From NCBI GenBank assembly GCA_965216565.1, contig OZ244170.1:2880001-2944000 (forward strand): 64,000 nt of DNA, in the 5' to 3' direction. Under the pieces are notes generated by a model. It saw only the letters and a program-made list of their open reading frames with translations, was not told where the DNA came from and ran no database searches. Below, one piece after another: positions 37,413-47,663 of this stretch. A program made the translations under genes and the position numbers. Position 1 is the stretch's first letter. The number at the start of each line of letters is the position of its first letter. This DNA comes from Bythopirellula sp. Its GTDB lineage: Bacteria; Planctomycetota; Planctomycetia; Pirellulales; Lacipirellulaceae.

Positions 37413-38186
37413 TCAATTCTCAATAATGGCCTGATGATCTTGGGGCAAACGTGCCGGTACGGGCAGGGTGACGGTGAACTGGGTGCCTCGGCCAACTTCA
37501 CTTTGCACCGTAATTCGACCCCCGTGCGCCTCGATAATTTTTGCGGTAGTCGGCAGCCCCAGTCCAGAGCCGCCCGGTTTGGTTGAGTAAAACGTGTCGA
37601 ACATTTGGGCCGCGGTGCTCTCGTCCATTCCGCAACCCGTGTCGATCAACAATAGCGAAACGCTGTCGCCGGAGGCAGTGGTGCGGGCCACCAACTGCCC
37701 TCCATGCGGCATGGCCTGCTTGGCATTGATTAGCAAATTGAGCAACGCACCCCGAAATGCTTCGCGATCCAGCAACACGCTGGGCAGCTCTGGATCGAGG
37801 TAACGGATCATTTCGATCTCTTCCAATTCGAATTCTGGGGTACAGAAATCAAGAGCCTCGCCAATCTCCAAATTCAAATCGCATGGTTGCAAATCGAGGT
37901 GTCGCACCTTGGCATAGTTGAGAAAATCATCAAGTAATTGTTGTAGTCGCTGACACTCGCGATGTGTAACCTCGATGCGCTTCAACGCTCTCTTTTGAGC
38001 CGGTGATTCGGTTTCGTCCAGGTCTTCCGCAAGCAATTCCATATTTAGCCGAATGGTCGATAGGGGATTCTTGATCTCGTGTGCCAGTGCACCGGCCAGG
38101 CGCGCAATCTCGGTGTATTGGTCCATCAAACGCTGAACCGCTTGCGACGTTTGATCTTTGCCTGAGTTTTTCGAATCTTCGGCCAT
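37413..38186 (-). CDS. Histidine kinase lacking a sensor domain (HisKA + HATPase only)
   Basis: AHEIKNPL, NLLINA, DTGCGM, FYSTK and GSGLGL boxes; start ATG 38186. Confidence 0.9.
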   Translation of the reverse strand: MAEDSKNSGKDQTSQAVQRLMDQYTEIARLAGALAHEIKNPLSTIRLNMELLAEDLDETESPAQKRALKRIEVTHRECQRLQQLLDDFLNYAKVRHLDLQPCDLNLEIGEALDFCTPEFELEEIEMIRYLDPELPSVLLDREAFRGALLNLLINAKQAMPHGGQLVARTTASGDSVSLLLIDTGCGMDESTAAQMFDTFYSTKPGGSGLGLPTTAKIIEAHGGRITVQSEVGRGTQFTVTLPVPARLPQDHQAIIEN

Positions 38187-38293
38187 AGTTGCTTCGCACT
38201 GCGGACTGAGCAATCCTACTATCATAAAGCAATCGGGGAGCGGCGAGCTAGGACTGGCACAGTATTTCTAGCGAATGGGAGATGGCATGGACG

Positions 38294-38325
38294 AAAAAAG
38301 CCGCAGGCATTTCGCCTGCGGCTTT
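38294..38325 (-). terminator. Rho-independent terminator of pnp
   Basis: Minus strand AAAGCCGCAGGC-GAAAT-GCCTGCGGCTTTTTT just after the pnp stop. Confidence 0.85.
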
Positions 38326-38351
38326 CGGAACTTCAAATCGATAGACAGGGT

Positions 38352-40505
38352 CTAGCTGGTGGCGTCAGCCGTTTCGCTTTCGCCCTTGGCATCCTCACCA
38401 TCGCCATCACCTGCAAGTTCTTGCATGGCGACCCGGCGGCTTAGCTTCACACGATCTTGCTCATCGACAGCAATAACTTTTACCTTCATGGCATCGCCTA
38501 CCGAACAAATATCGGCGACGTTGCCCACGTACTCGTCAGAGAGTTCGCTAATGTGGCACAGTCCGTCGCGGCCGGGGAGGATTTCCACAAAGGCACCAAA
38601 GTCCTTGACGCTAGTGACGGTGCCATCGTAGATTTTGCCAACCTGCACACTGGCGGTCAGGGCATCGACACGAGCCAGGCCTGCCTCGGCAATCTCCTGG
38701 TCGGCACCTGCAACGGTGACGGTGCCATCCTCTTCGACATCAATCGTGCAACCAACGTCTTCTTGGATTCCACGGATCGTCTTGCCACCAGGACCAATGA
38801 GGAGGCCAATCTTTTCGGGATTGATCTTCGTCCGTAGCAAGCGAGGAGCACTAGCGGCAGTAGTGCCTCTAGGCCGAGGAATCACCGACAGCATGTTGCG
38901 AAGGATTTCAATTCTTGCTTCTCGCGATTGAGCGAGCGTAGCCCGAATGATTTCTTCGCTGATCCCTTTGATCTTCAGATCGAGCTGAATGCCGGTGATA
39001 CCGTTCTGAGTACCTGCGATCTTGAAATCCATGTCGCCGAAGTGATCTTCGTCGCCAATGATGTCGGTCAGCAGCACAAACTTTTCACCTTCCTTGACGA
39101 GTCCCACCGAAATGCCGGCAACCGGGTTGGTGATCGGCACACCAGCAGCCATCAGGCCCAGAGTTGCACCGCACACGCTCGCCATGGAACTGGAACCGTT
39201 CGACTCCAAGATGTCGGAGATAATTCGCACGGTGTAAGGAAAATCGTCGTGGTCGGGGAGCACAGGATTCACGCTCCGCTCGGCCAAGGCACCGTGGCCA
39301 ATTTCTCGACGGCCTGGGCCACGGATGGGTCGTACTTCGCCCACCGAGAACGAAGGGAAGTTGTAATCCAGCATGAACCGCTTCGAATATTCTTCGAACA
39401 GCCCATCGACACGCTGCTCATCGCGGCCCGTGCCCAACACAACGGTAATGAGCGATTGCGTTTCGCCGCGTTGGAAAACTGCCGAGCCATGAACGCGTGG
39501 CAACAGATCGACTTCGCAAATGATTTCGCGAAGCTCATCGGGTCCGCGTCCATCGGAACGCTTACCTTCTAGGATTAGCTGACGGATGACATGCTCTTCC
39601 AAATCGTGCCAGCTCTTGCCAAACGAATTTGTCGTGTAGGCGCCTTCGGCATCGGGATCGGGAATCAGCTCTTCCAAGGCTTCTTTCTTGAGCGAGCTAA
39701 CCGCCTCGGCTCGATCGTGCTTGCCTTCGGTTTGACGCGCTTCGCGAAGCCGGTCGGTGTATTTATCAGCCAACACGTCGTACAGACCGTCCGACTCAGG
39801 AGTCTGGAAATCCATCTTCTGGACGTTGACCTTGTCGATCAGCTCTTGCTGAAGATCGCACAACTCGCAGATCACCTCGTGGGCCTTCATAATGGCCTCG
39901 GCCATCGTGTCTTCGGGAAGTTCCCGAGCGAAGCCCTCGATCATCAGCACGGCGTCTTTGTTGCCGGAGACAATCAAATCGAGCGTGCTGCTTTCCAGAT
40001 CGTCTTGCGTGGGGAATGGCACGAATTCGCCATCCACACATCCCATTCGCACAGAAGCCAATGGCCCCTGGAATGGCAAGGGAGATAAGCCAAGCGCCGC
40101 ACAGGCGCCGTTCATCGCCAGCACATCGCCGTCGGTTTGCTGATCACTAGAGAGCACGAAGTTCTGGATTTGAACTTCATCTTGATACCCTTCGGTAAAC
40201 ATCGGCCGAATCGGACGATCGATCAGCCGGGCGGTGAGTGTTTCTTTCATGGTGGGACGTCCCTCACGCTTGAGGAACCCACCGGGGAACTTGCCGGCTG
40301 CCGCCTGCCGCTCGCGATAGTCGCACATCAACGGGAAGAAATCGATTCCCGGACGCGCGGGGCCTGCAGCCGCTGCGGAGAGGACCACGGTATCGCCATA
40401 TTGAACCGTGCAGCACCCAGCTGCCTGTTTGGCCAATGCACCTGTTTCAATCGAGAATACGCCTGCACCAATTTTCTTTTCTACTTTTATTCTTTCCACT
40501 TTCAC
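38352..40505 (-). CDS. pnp: Polyribonucleotide nucleotidyltransferase
   Basis: DFFPL, RLIDRPIRP, RREIGHG, ESNGSSSMAS, GDMDFK, KH and S1 domains. Confidence 0.97.
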   Translation of the reverse strand: MKVERIKVEKKIGAGVFSIETGALAKQAAGCCTVQYGDTVVLSAAAAGPARPGIDFFPLMCDYRERQAAAGKFPGGFLKREGRPTMKETLTARLIDRPIRPMFTEGYQDEVQIQNFVLSSDQQTDGDVLAMNGACAALGLSPLPFQGPLASVRMGCVDGEFVPFPTQDDLESSTLDLIVSGNKDAVLMIEGFARELPEDTMAEAIMKAHEVICELCDLQQELIDKVNVQKMDFQTPESDGLYDVLADKYTDRLREARQTEGKHDRAEAVSSLKKEALEELIPDPDAEGAYTTNSFGKSWHDLEEHVIRQLILEGKRSDGRGPDELREIICEVDLLPRVHGSAVFQRGETQSLITVVLGTGRDEQRVDGLFEEYSKRFMLDYNFPSFSVGEVRPIRGPGRREIGHGALAERSVNPVLPDHDDFPYTVRIISDILESNGSSSMASVCGATLGLMAAGVPITNPVAGISVGLVKEGEKFVLLTDIIGDEDHFGDMDFKIAGTQNGITGIQLDLKIKGISEEIIRATLAQSREARIEILRNMLSVIPRPRGTTAASAPRLLRTKINPEKIGLLIGPGGKTIRGIQEDVGCTIDVEEDGTVTVAGADQEIAEAGLARVDALTASVQVGKIYDGTVTSVKDFGAFVEILPGRDGLCHISELSDEYVGNVADICSVGDAMKVKVIAVDEQDRVKLSRRVAMQELAGDGDGEDAKGESETADATS

Positions 40506-40786
40506 ATTTCCTAACTAATTGGGAATCTCCAAGAGGTCCTCGTCGTTCGCAGTGACGAACCGCACAAAGCGGCTGCCGACGGTTTGATGTACGAGGCTGA
40601 AGTTGGCCGAGAAGTTCATTTACGGCATACACTCTCTCGAGCGATGCCTTCCGAAGCAGAGGGAATAGAGGATTCAAGGCGGGGGTACGGGACGATCCCG
40701 CAATCGCGCTTCTCTCGCTCTGCCATCCTGGGCAGGCCTTAGCGAAGTCCTGGCTAGAAACGGAGTTTCGATTACCTGCGTCGCAA

Positions 40787-41056
40787 CTACTTACGAATGT
40801 CTAAACGACGAAGCAAGTCGAGATACATTTGTGGATTCACTCGCTTGACGTAGTCGAGCAACCGACGACGTCGGCTAACCATTCGCAACAATCCGCGACG
40901 GCTCGCAAAATCTTTGGGGTGAACCTTCATATGCTGGGTCATTTCAGCGATACGTGAAGTGAGGATCGAAATCTGCACTTCGGGCGAACCGGTGTCTGAA
41001 GCACCGCGTCCATATTCTTGAACCAACTCTTCTTTACGCTGTTTTGTGACCGACAT
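40787..41056 (-). CDS. rpsO: 30S ribosomal protein S15
   Basis: DTGSPEVQ, H.KD..SRRGL and RRRLLDY; canonical rpsO-pnp order. Confidence 0.97.
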   Translation of the reverse strand: MSVTKQRKEELVQEYGRGASDTGSPEVQISILTSRIAEMTQHMKVHPKDFASRRGLLRMVSRRRRLLDYVKRVNPQMYLDLLRRLDIRK

Positions 41057-41561
41057 AGTTTTCCGCTTCTAAACTTTCCTTGAGGGACTTTCCTGGAGGG
41101 CATGTGAACGCATGCAAACGGGATATGTTTGCTGGCGCTCGGCGAGCTATCCTCGATGAACCAGCTCTGGGACCAACTGTTTTCCTACTGAGATTCTTCC
41201 TACAACATTGACATAGTATTTTCACAATCTACATACGAATCATACAATCTACCGGACTCGCACTGGCCTGCAACCTCAAATGGGGCCCGATTCCGACTAT
41301 TTCCAGCGTTTTCGGCGGTCTTGGGGCCCAATGGCCCGGTCTGAACCGGAGGCCGTCGATGGCCCCCAGCGTCGGGTCTTTGCAATTATCGCCACTGGTC
41401 GTTGCAATCATCACCACTGGCAATCTTGGGTTTCCGACCCGATACTTAGGATCCGCCGACTCGAAGGTCGATTTCCGGCAAGAATTGGCCCGCTGAACGA
41501 ATAGCATGCGAAGATTCGCTCAGTTCAATACATAGCTTAATGTAAGAGGAACAATCCGCCT

Positions 41562-42278
41562 GTGGGTAGTGTCGCCGTTGTTATCTTCATTTTTGTGATT
41601 GTCTTGCCCCTCGCAATCGCGGCGGCCTACTACTCTTATCTCCAACGCCAAAAACGTTTGGCCGACCTCTCGGCACTCGCCTCCCGAAACAACTGGAGTT
41701 TCCGATCCGCCAGCAATTACGCTCACGACGGCGAATATCCGCAATTCAGCATCTTCCGCGAGGGACACTCTCGCTACGCCTACAACACCATGCGGGGAAC
41801 TATCGAAACCCATGGCGGGCTTTGCCCAATCCAGCTCGGCGACTACCACTACAAGATTACGACGCACAACGGGAAGAGTAGCTCCACCCGCACCTATCAA
41901 TTCAGCTATGGAATCGTAGAGTTGCCGTACGTCGATCTGCCTGATCTTTCGTTCCGTCGAGAGGGCTTTTTCGACAAGGTGGCCGGGTTCTTTGGCTTCG
42001 ACGATATCGATTTCGAATCGGCAGAGTTTAGCGATCAATTTAGCGTGAAGGGCTCCAACAAGAAATTCGCCTACAGCGTGATTGACCCACGCATGATGGA
42101 ATTCCTGCTTTCCTCCAGTCCCCCCATCACTCAGATCGCTGGCGGAGCCTGCTGCATCTACGACTCGAAAATTTGCTGGTCCCCCGAACAGTTTCAAACA
42201 AGGGTCGATTGGCTGCACACTTTCTTCCAGCACTGGCCTCGGCATGTAGTCGACGCCTTGTCGGAAAGAACGGTCTAA
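41562..42278 (+). CDS. Membrane-anchored hypothetical protein (DUF3137-like, LemA-associated)
   Basis: N-terminal TM helix; DIDFESAEFSDQF.V and AY.VIDPRMME segments; upstream of lemA. Confidence 0.7.
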   Translation: MGSVAVVIFIFVIVLPLAIAAAYYSYLQRQKRLADLSALASRNNWSFRSASNYAHDGEYPQFSIFREGHSRYAYNTMRGTIETHGGLCPIQLGDYHYKITTHNGKSSSTRTYQFSYGIVELPYVDLPDLSFRREGFFDKVAGFFGFDDIDFESAEFSDQFSVKGSNKKFAYSVIDPRMMEFLLSSSPPITQIAGGACCIYDSKICWSPEQFQTRVDWLHTFFQHWPRHVVDALSERTV

Positions 42279-42482
42279 CATATAGACAGCACGACTCTTT
42301 TTAGCCACAGAGGTCACAGAGAACACGGAGGGAGATCGTTACTTTCCATACGCATTTTGAAAGAAAAGCTGTGCCACTGGGTTAGAGTCTTCTCTATTAT
42401 CTCTGTGGACTCCGTGACTAGATTTTTCGAAGATTCACATAACATTCGACTAGATCGGTTTGCTCAAGACTCCAAGTCCACT

Positions 42483-43055
42483 ATGCCTGAATACGTTCCT
42501 CTAATCATCGTCGCCTGCGTTTTTGGCTTGCCGCTGCTATGGCTGCTGGTGAATTACAATCGCTTTGTACGAGTGAAGCAGCACCTCCGCGAGAGTTGGG
42601 CCGACATCGACGTGGAGATGAAGCGACGCTACGACCTGATTCCCAACCTGGTCGCAACGGTCAAAGGTTATGCCACCCACGAGCAAGACGTCCTGACCCA
42701 GGTGGTAGAACTTCGCAATCGCGCGCTGGCCAGCACCGGAAACGCTACCGAGCAGGCCGTCGACGAAACAGCCCTGGCGATTGGCATGAAGCGTCTATTC
42801 GCCGTCGCAGAAAACTACCCCGATTTGAAGGCGGACGTCCACTTTCTCGCGCTGCAAAAAGAGCTTGCCAACACCGAGGACCGCATCGCCGCATCCAGAC
42901 GTTTCTTCAACGGCAACGTCCGCGAATTGAACCAACTCTGCGAGCAGTTCCCCACGAACATCATCGCAGGGTTGTTTGGCTTCGAGCGAGCGGAGTACTT
43001 CGAACTGGCCAGCGAGGCAGAGCGCGTGGTACCGCGGGCCAGCATAATTACCTAA
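42483..43055 (+). CDS. lemA: LemA family protein
   Basis: YNRFV, WADIDV..KRR.DLIPNLV..VKGYA.HE, AVAENYPDLKA and FPTNIIA motifs. Confidence 0.93.
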   Translation: MPEYVPLIIVACVFGLPLLWLLVNYNRFVRVKQHLRESWADIDVEMKRRYDLIPNLVATVKGYATHEQDVLTQVVELRNRALASTGNATEQAVDETALAIGMKRLFAVAENYPDLKADVHFLALQKELANTEDRIAASRRFFNGNVRELNQLCEQFPTNIIAGLFGFERAEYFELASEAERVVPRASIIT

Positions 43056-43087
43056 GGCACACGACACAGACTCGCTTCTATCTATTC

Positions 43088-43411
43088 CTACGGAATCTCT
43101 TGGTCTTCAAGCAGTTCTTGCCCTTTGCCACGAACCCTGAGAATGGTTATCCGAGTTCCTTCGATAATGAATACTGCTCGGTAATGGTCGCCCGATGGGG
43201 TTTTGAAGAGCGCCTGCCTGAGATTTCGCTTTATCGCAGGCTCTTCTTGGGCAGGACTACACAATAGCGGATTGTTCAGAATTCTAGCTTGTGCTGATTC
43301 GTAGGCTTCGATCCAATTCAGCACTCCTTTGATAGACCGTTCACCAATATATTCGGCGATCGTTTCTGCATCCCCGATAGCAAGAGGATGTATCGCGAGG
43401 CTAAAACTCAT
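43088..43411 (-). CDS. RelE/ParE-family toxin
   Basis: MSFSLAIHPLAIGDAETIAEYI, YRAVFII and ITILRVR; ATGA overlap with the upstream partner. Confidence 0.8.
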   Translation of the reverse strand: MSFSLAIHPLAIGDAETIAEYIGERSIKGVLNWIEAYESAQARILNNPLLCSPAQEEPAIKRNLRQALFKTPSGDHYRAVFIIEGTRITILRVRGKGQELLEDQEIP

Positions 43412-43647
43412 TCTCGAAGCTTCTTGTCGAGTTTAGCTCGCAACTGCTGCATAGCCTCTTCTGCAGGAACTCCCCGTTCCCCAGCATCGTAGCTTTCTAG
43501 AGCTTCGCGAACGGCGCTCAAGTCTTGCCGATTGAGAGCCTGCCAGCGGTCGATTACGACATCGAGAGAAAGCTCAGGGTTCCCCTGCTCTTCAACAAAA
43601 CGCTTCGCAAAGGCGTTGAAGTCAGAAATCTCATCGGCGATGCTCAT
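43408..43647 (-). CDS. Putative antitoxin (ParD-like C-terminus)
   Basis: AVREALESYDAGERGVPAEEAMQQLR; upstream of and overlapping the toxin gene. Confidence 0.72.
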   Translation of the reverse strand: MSIADEISDFNAFAKRFVEEQGNPELSLDVVIDRWQALNRQDLSAVREALESYDAGERGVPAEEAMQQLRAKLDKKLRE

Positions 43648-43695
43648 AAACTAATTGTAGCATCTGTCTGCAAGATGTGGGCAAGCTATCTGCCT

Positions 43696-44703
43696 TTACG
43701 CCGCCTTGCGGACGTCTTTTAGCCGCACGACATCCCACGCCAGACCGAGCTTTTCCATTGCCAGGATTACCCAGTAGGTGACGTCGATTTCCCACCAACG
43801 ATGGCCTTGGCTGGCGACGCGTTGGTAGGCATGGTGGTTGTTGTGCCAGCCTTCGCCAAACGCGAGTAAACCAACCCACCATAGATTGCGGCTATTGTCG
43901 TCCGTCTCGTAATTGCGATATCCCCAGAGATGGGTCGCTGAATTGACAAACCAAGTCACGTGCAAGACGTAGACCATTCTGACGCCGAGGCCCCAGAACA
44001 CCATCGAACCGCCTGCCCAGGCGGAGCCTAGACCCCAACTCTCAGGACCGAAATATCCACAGAGGAACAAGATTCCTGCCAGCACGAAATGCGAAGGCAA
44101 GAACATATGATGGATCGCTACCATCATTTTGTCTTTCACAATATCAGGAGCATAACGCTTCAGAAGTTCATAGTGCCATTTGCGCCCAAAGTCGGGCATA
44201 AACCACAATAGGTGGCTCCAGGTGGTGCCGTCTTTGGGCGAATGCGGATCGCCGTCGTGATCACTGTAAGCATGATGCTTGCGATGTTGGGCAACCCAGG
44301 TCAGTGCCGAGCCCTCTCCGGATAACCCCCCTAAGAAAGCCAACAACCAACGCACGGGGCGATAGGTTTTAAAGCTCTGGTGCGTTAGCAAGCGATGATA
44401 GCCCATGCAGACGCCCATGCTTCCGGTGATGAAAGCAAGGATGATGCAGGTGACTAGCGCAGGCACCGTGAAGAAAAACGGAGCAATCAGCGCCAGGACG
44501 TGGACCAATACTATCCAAATCACTATGGGCCAATTCAGTCCACAATCTCCCAGGGTGTTTGCGTCGATCGCAATCGAACCACGGTCGGCCAACGATGCAT
44601 CTCCTACACGGTCCATGCCATCGGAAGAAGGGGAAGCATCAACATGTTTAACAACTGCGCGTCGACTGCGACGTGCATTTCGTTCTGAACTACTTTGCGT
44701 CAC
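43696..44703 (-). CDS. Delta-9-type fatty acid desaturase
   Basis: His boxes HRLLTH, HRKHH and HNNHH; DPHSP, VNSATH and GEGWHNNHH. Confidence 0.93.
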   Translation of the reverse strand: MTQSSSERNARRSRRAVVKHVDASPSSDGMDRVGDASLADRGSIAIDANTLGDCGLNWPIVIWIVLVHVLALIAPFFFTVPALVTCIILAFITGSMGVCMGYHRLLTHQSFKTYRPVRWLLAFLGGLSGEGSALTWVAQHRKHHAYSDHDGDPHSPKDGTTWSHLLWFMPDFGRKWHYELLKRYAPDIVKDKMMVAIHHMFLPSHFVLAGILFLCGYFGPESWGLGSAWAGGSMVFWGLGVRMVYVLHVTWFVNSATHLWGYRNYETDDNSRNLWWVGLLAFGEGWHNNHHAYQRVASQGHRWWEIDVTYWVILAMEKLGLAWDVVRLKDVRKAA

Positions 44704-44978
44704 GGATGGTGTTCCTCGTCCAATGTGCCACGTACGAATGGTTGGGTGCGACTAAAAAAGGTGGGATCTCGGTAGTTGAGATTGTAGTCGTACGACGCTG
44801 AAACTTTGAAAGTATCAAAGGGGATAAGATAGGAAAAAAACCGCCTCTTTACTAGAGGAAACGTCTGCTAGCAGCAAAAAACTTACTCTCATTCTTAGCC
44901 AAGAAATCTTGGACTGACAAGGAGGCTAAATTGGCCAGTTCCTGCAAAACGGCCATTACTTAGCCCTACTGGAGCCGA

Positions 44979-47498
44979 TCACCGCGGCGGGTTGCCGGGA
45001 TTGAGGTAAGTAGACACCTGAAATGTGTCGGGCGAAATCACGAATGACGTCGCCCCGCAGTCGGAAGTATGTCGAACCTCAGCCCCAAGTGCCCGATAGC
45101 TCTCAGCGGTAAAGTCATCGCGACCGTTCGTGTTTCGACCGCTGACAACCACCCACTCCGGTGTGCACCAGGCAGCAAAGCCGGGCGGATCGCTACGCAC
45201 ACTGCCGTGATGAGGGGCAAGCAAAATATTGCAGTCCAACGCTGGTTCTGCCATCACAGCCTCGATCCCCGGCGATTCCAAGTCTCCGGGCAGCAGAATC
45301 GTTTGTCCTGCATAACGGATGCAAAGCATGATGCTGTTCGCATTGTCGCGACCTGCAACCCCAGTCCGGGGAGGATGCAAAACCTCAATCGAAACATCTG
45401 TCGATGCCGTGGCAAGATTGTCGTTCATCCAAACTTCTTCGATAGGTACGTCAGCGGCGACCAACGTCTCTTTCAAATAGTTGGGAGCCGTCAACTGACC
45501 TTGCGTGGCCCAAGGATCAAACATCAATGGAGAAACATACACGGTCTCGATGGGTACTCGGTCGAGAAGATCTGGGATGGCGTTGTAGTGGTCGATGTCG
45601 GCATGCGATAAAACCACGGCATCGATTCTAGAAATTCCCTGCGACCAAAGAAACGAAGCAATCGATCGGCTAGCCCCTTCGGGCGATCCCAAACTGCCTG
45701 CGTCGTACAGTAACGTCTGACCGCCGGGAAGTTCTACGACGACGCACGTCCCGTGACCAATTGCCAGAAAGGTGCATTGCAATTGCGACTTTTTCATGCG
45801 AAGTGAACTCGCACCAAACCCAACCGATATCCACATCGCGACGGCAGCCAGTTGCCACTTCCAATCGATACTACGATTGGCTAATAGCGCAATAATCCCA
45901 AGCAACGCGTATAACCCCAGCAACCACCAAGCTGCCGGACCGGCGGTGAAGAAGTGCCCAATCTCCCAACCCGCGGCGAACTCCACACACGACTCGGTGA
46001 CTGCCAAACAAAATGAAATTAAACTTCCCAACACGTACCCCACCGGAGGCAAAACCCAGCCGACAATGCAGAGAGCAAATTCAGCCACCAAGGCAATCGC
46101 CACCAGCAGCCAGATCATAGGAGTTAGCAACACGCTCACTGGCGCTGCCATGTGGAAGTGGTAGGCCACCAGCGGAGCGGTAACAAGCCAGATCACCAGG
46201 GAGATCAGAACAAGCTGAACGAACCAGGTCCGACACGATTCCAGCAACTTCTGCTGCCAAGGCTTATAAGTTTCAATCAAATCGGCCAACGGGTCGAACG
46301 TGTGACGACGCTCAGCAAACCCTAGAAACCAGGCAATTGCGGAGACGCATAGAAAACTTAATTGGGTGCCACCGCGGAATAGCTCGCCTGGATTGATCGC
46401 CAGCACAATCATTGCTGCGACCGCGATGAGGTTTGCTCGCGTGGACCGTCTCCCCAAGAATACCGAAGTCATCGCCACCAAGATCAAGATGGTGGCCCGC
46501 AGTACCGGTGGACGAGCGCCTACGATTAACGCATAAGCCACTATCAAAACCGTCGAGGCAGCCAATGCCGTCCGTGGCGCAAGAATTCCAGCCCGCACGA
46601 AAAGCCATAGTATCGTCGCCAGAAATCCCACGTGTAGGCCTGATACCACTAGCAAGTGCACGGTGCCAGTATGCAAAAACGAGGCGAACTTTTCTTCAGT
46701 CAGCCGCTCTCGCTGGCCTAACATCAGGGCCAGTGCCAGATCGCGCTGTTCGGCGTCGACATACTTTGTGATTTGATATTCGCACCAACGTGTAGCGCGA
46801 TCCAGAAAACTCGTTGGTTGAAACGCAGTGACCTGCTCCACGGTCACGCATTGGGGCATGCGGCAGAAGAGTTCGACAAAGCGTCCCGCACCGCGTTCTG
46901 CTTCGGCCCACTCATATTGGCCCGGGTTAATTGCCGGGCGAGGCCGGCCAAACTGGCCGAAGAGTTCGAGCTGATCGCCTCGCTGAATCTTCGCCAGCTT
47001 TCCTTCCACTCGCAGATTGCAACGGCCCGAGGTCCGAATCCAATCGCTACCATCGCGAACCGCGGTTAAGGAAACGGGGATCACACTCCGCGAACCCTCG
47101 GGCACAACCCTCAATGGGTTTGCCTTAGGTGCTGGTGTCCACTGAGCGCGACCCAGGGCAACCGCGCGCACACAAATGGGTTCTGAACGCGTTTCAGCAA
47201 ATCGCGCTAGATGGCTATCGCCCAAATAATTCCAGCACTCGTGATGCCATGCGCCGCTAAGCGCAGCAAATGAACCAAGCAAGAACCAAGCCGAGAGCCG
47301 AGGGGAGTTGCTACGCAACGAGAAATAAGTTGCCAGCACGCAAGACAAAGCTAGCGACCACCAACCGTAAAGCCCCACGCTTCCCAGCACCGAACCCACG
47401 TATCGATCTGCAACGATCCCAGTCATCATCGCCAACGCGACCCAAAGTAGCGGCCGATAAGTCGGCACTTGCAGGCAAGTCGTGGGAGCAGGTTGCAT
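44979..47498 (-). CDS. comEC: ComEC/Rec2 competence protein with C-terminal metallo-beta-lactamase domain
   Basis: HLLVVSGLHV, LSHADIDH, LPGD and PHHGS motifs. Confidence 0.9.
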   Translation of the reverse strand: MQPAPTTCLQVPTYRPLLWVALAMMTGIVADRYVGSVLGSVGLYGWWSLALSCVLATYFSLRSNSPRLSAWFLLGSFAALSGAWHHECWNYLGDSHLARFAETRSEPICVRAVALGRAQWTPAPKANPLRVVPEGSRSVIPVSLTAVRDGSDWIRTSGRCNLRVEGKLAKIQRGDQLELFGQFGRPRPAINPGQYEWAEAERGAGRFVELFCRMPQCVTVEQVTAFQPTSFLDRATRWCEYQITKYVDAEQRDLALALMLGQRERLTEEKFASFLHTGTVHLLVVSGLHVGFLATILWLFVRAGILAPRTALAASTVLIVAYALIVGARPPVLRATILILVAMTSVFLGRRSTRANLIAVAAMIVLAINPGELFRGGTQLSFLCVSAIAWFLGFAERRHTFDPLADLIETYKPWQQKLLESCRTWFVQLVLISLVIWLVTAPLVAYHFHMAAPVSVLLTPMIWLLVAIALVAEFALCIVGWVLPPVGYVLGSLISFCLAVTESCVEFAAGWEIGHFFTAGPAAWWLLGLYALLGIIALLANRSIDWKWQLAAVAMWISVGFGASSLRMKKSQLQCTFLAIGHGTCVVVELPGGQTLLYDAGSLGSPEGASRSIASFLWSQGISRIDAVVLSHADIDHYNAIPDLLDRVPIETVYVSPLMFDPWATQGQLTAPNYLKETLVAADVPIEEVWMNDNLATASTDVSIEVLHPPRTGVAGRDNANSIMLCIRYAGQTILLPGDLESPGIEAVMAEPALDCNILLAPHHGSVRSDPPGFAAWCTPEWVVVSGRNTNGRDDFTAESYRALGAEVRHTSDCGATSFVISPDTFQVSTYLNPGNPPR

Positions 47499-47663
47499 AG
47501 GCCGTTTGCATCCAGTGGGAACTCACATTTTCACTGCGGATGATTCTACCAGGCGGGCTTCGCCAGCGAAATCGGACGACTTGGCTTGAATTCGCGGGCG
47601 GCAAGGGAAACAATACGCCTTCTTCCCCGTCATCCCGCCTGCCATTCAGGAGAGTCACCCTCC

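Noticed and set aside
40506..40786. Long rpsO-pnp spacer as an ncRNA
   Set aside because: Only short pairings seen (GCAGAG/CTCTGC); consistent with an ordinary pnp leader, and no family was recognised.
41057..41260. rpsO leader autoregulatory RNA and a TTGACA/ACAATCTAC repeat
   Set aside because: Plausible by gene context, but I could not identify a convincing structure or a properly spaced promoter by eye; needs cmscan.
41520..42326. 268-aa minus-strand ORF
   Set aside because: Antisense to the better-supported membrane protein co-oriented with lemA.
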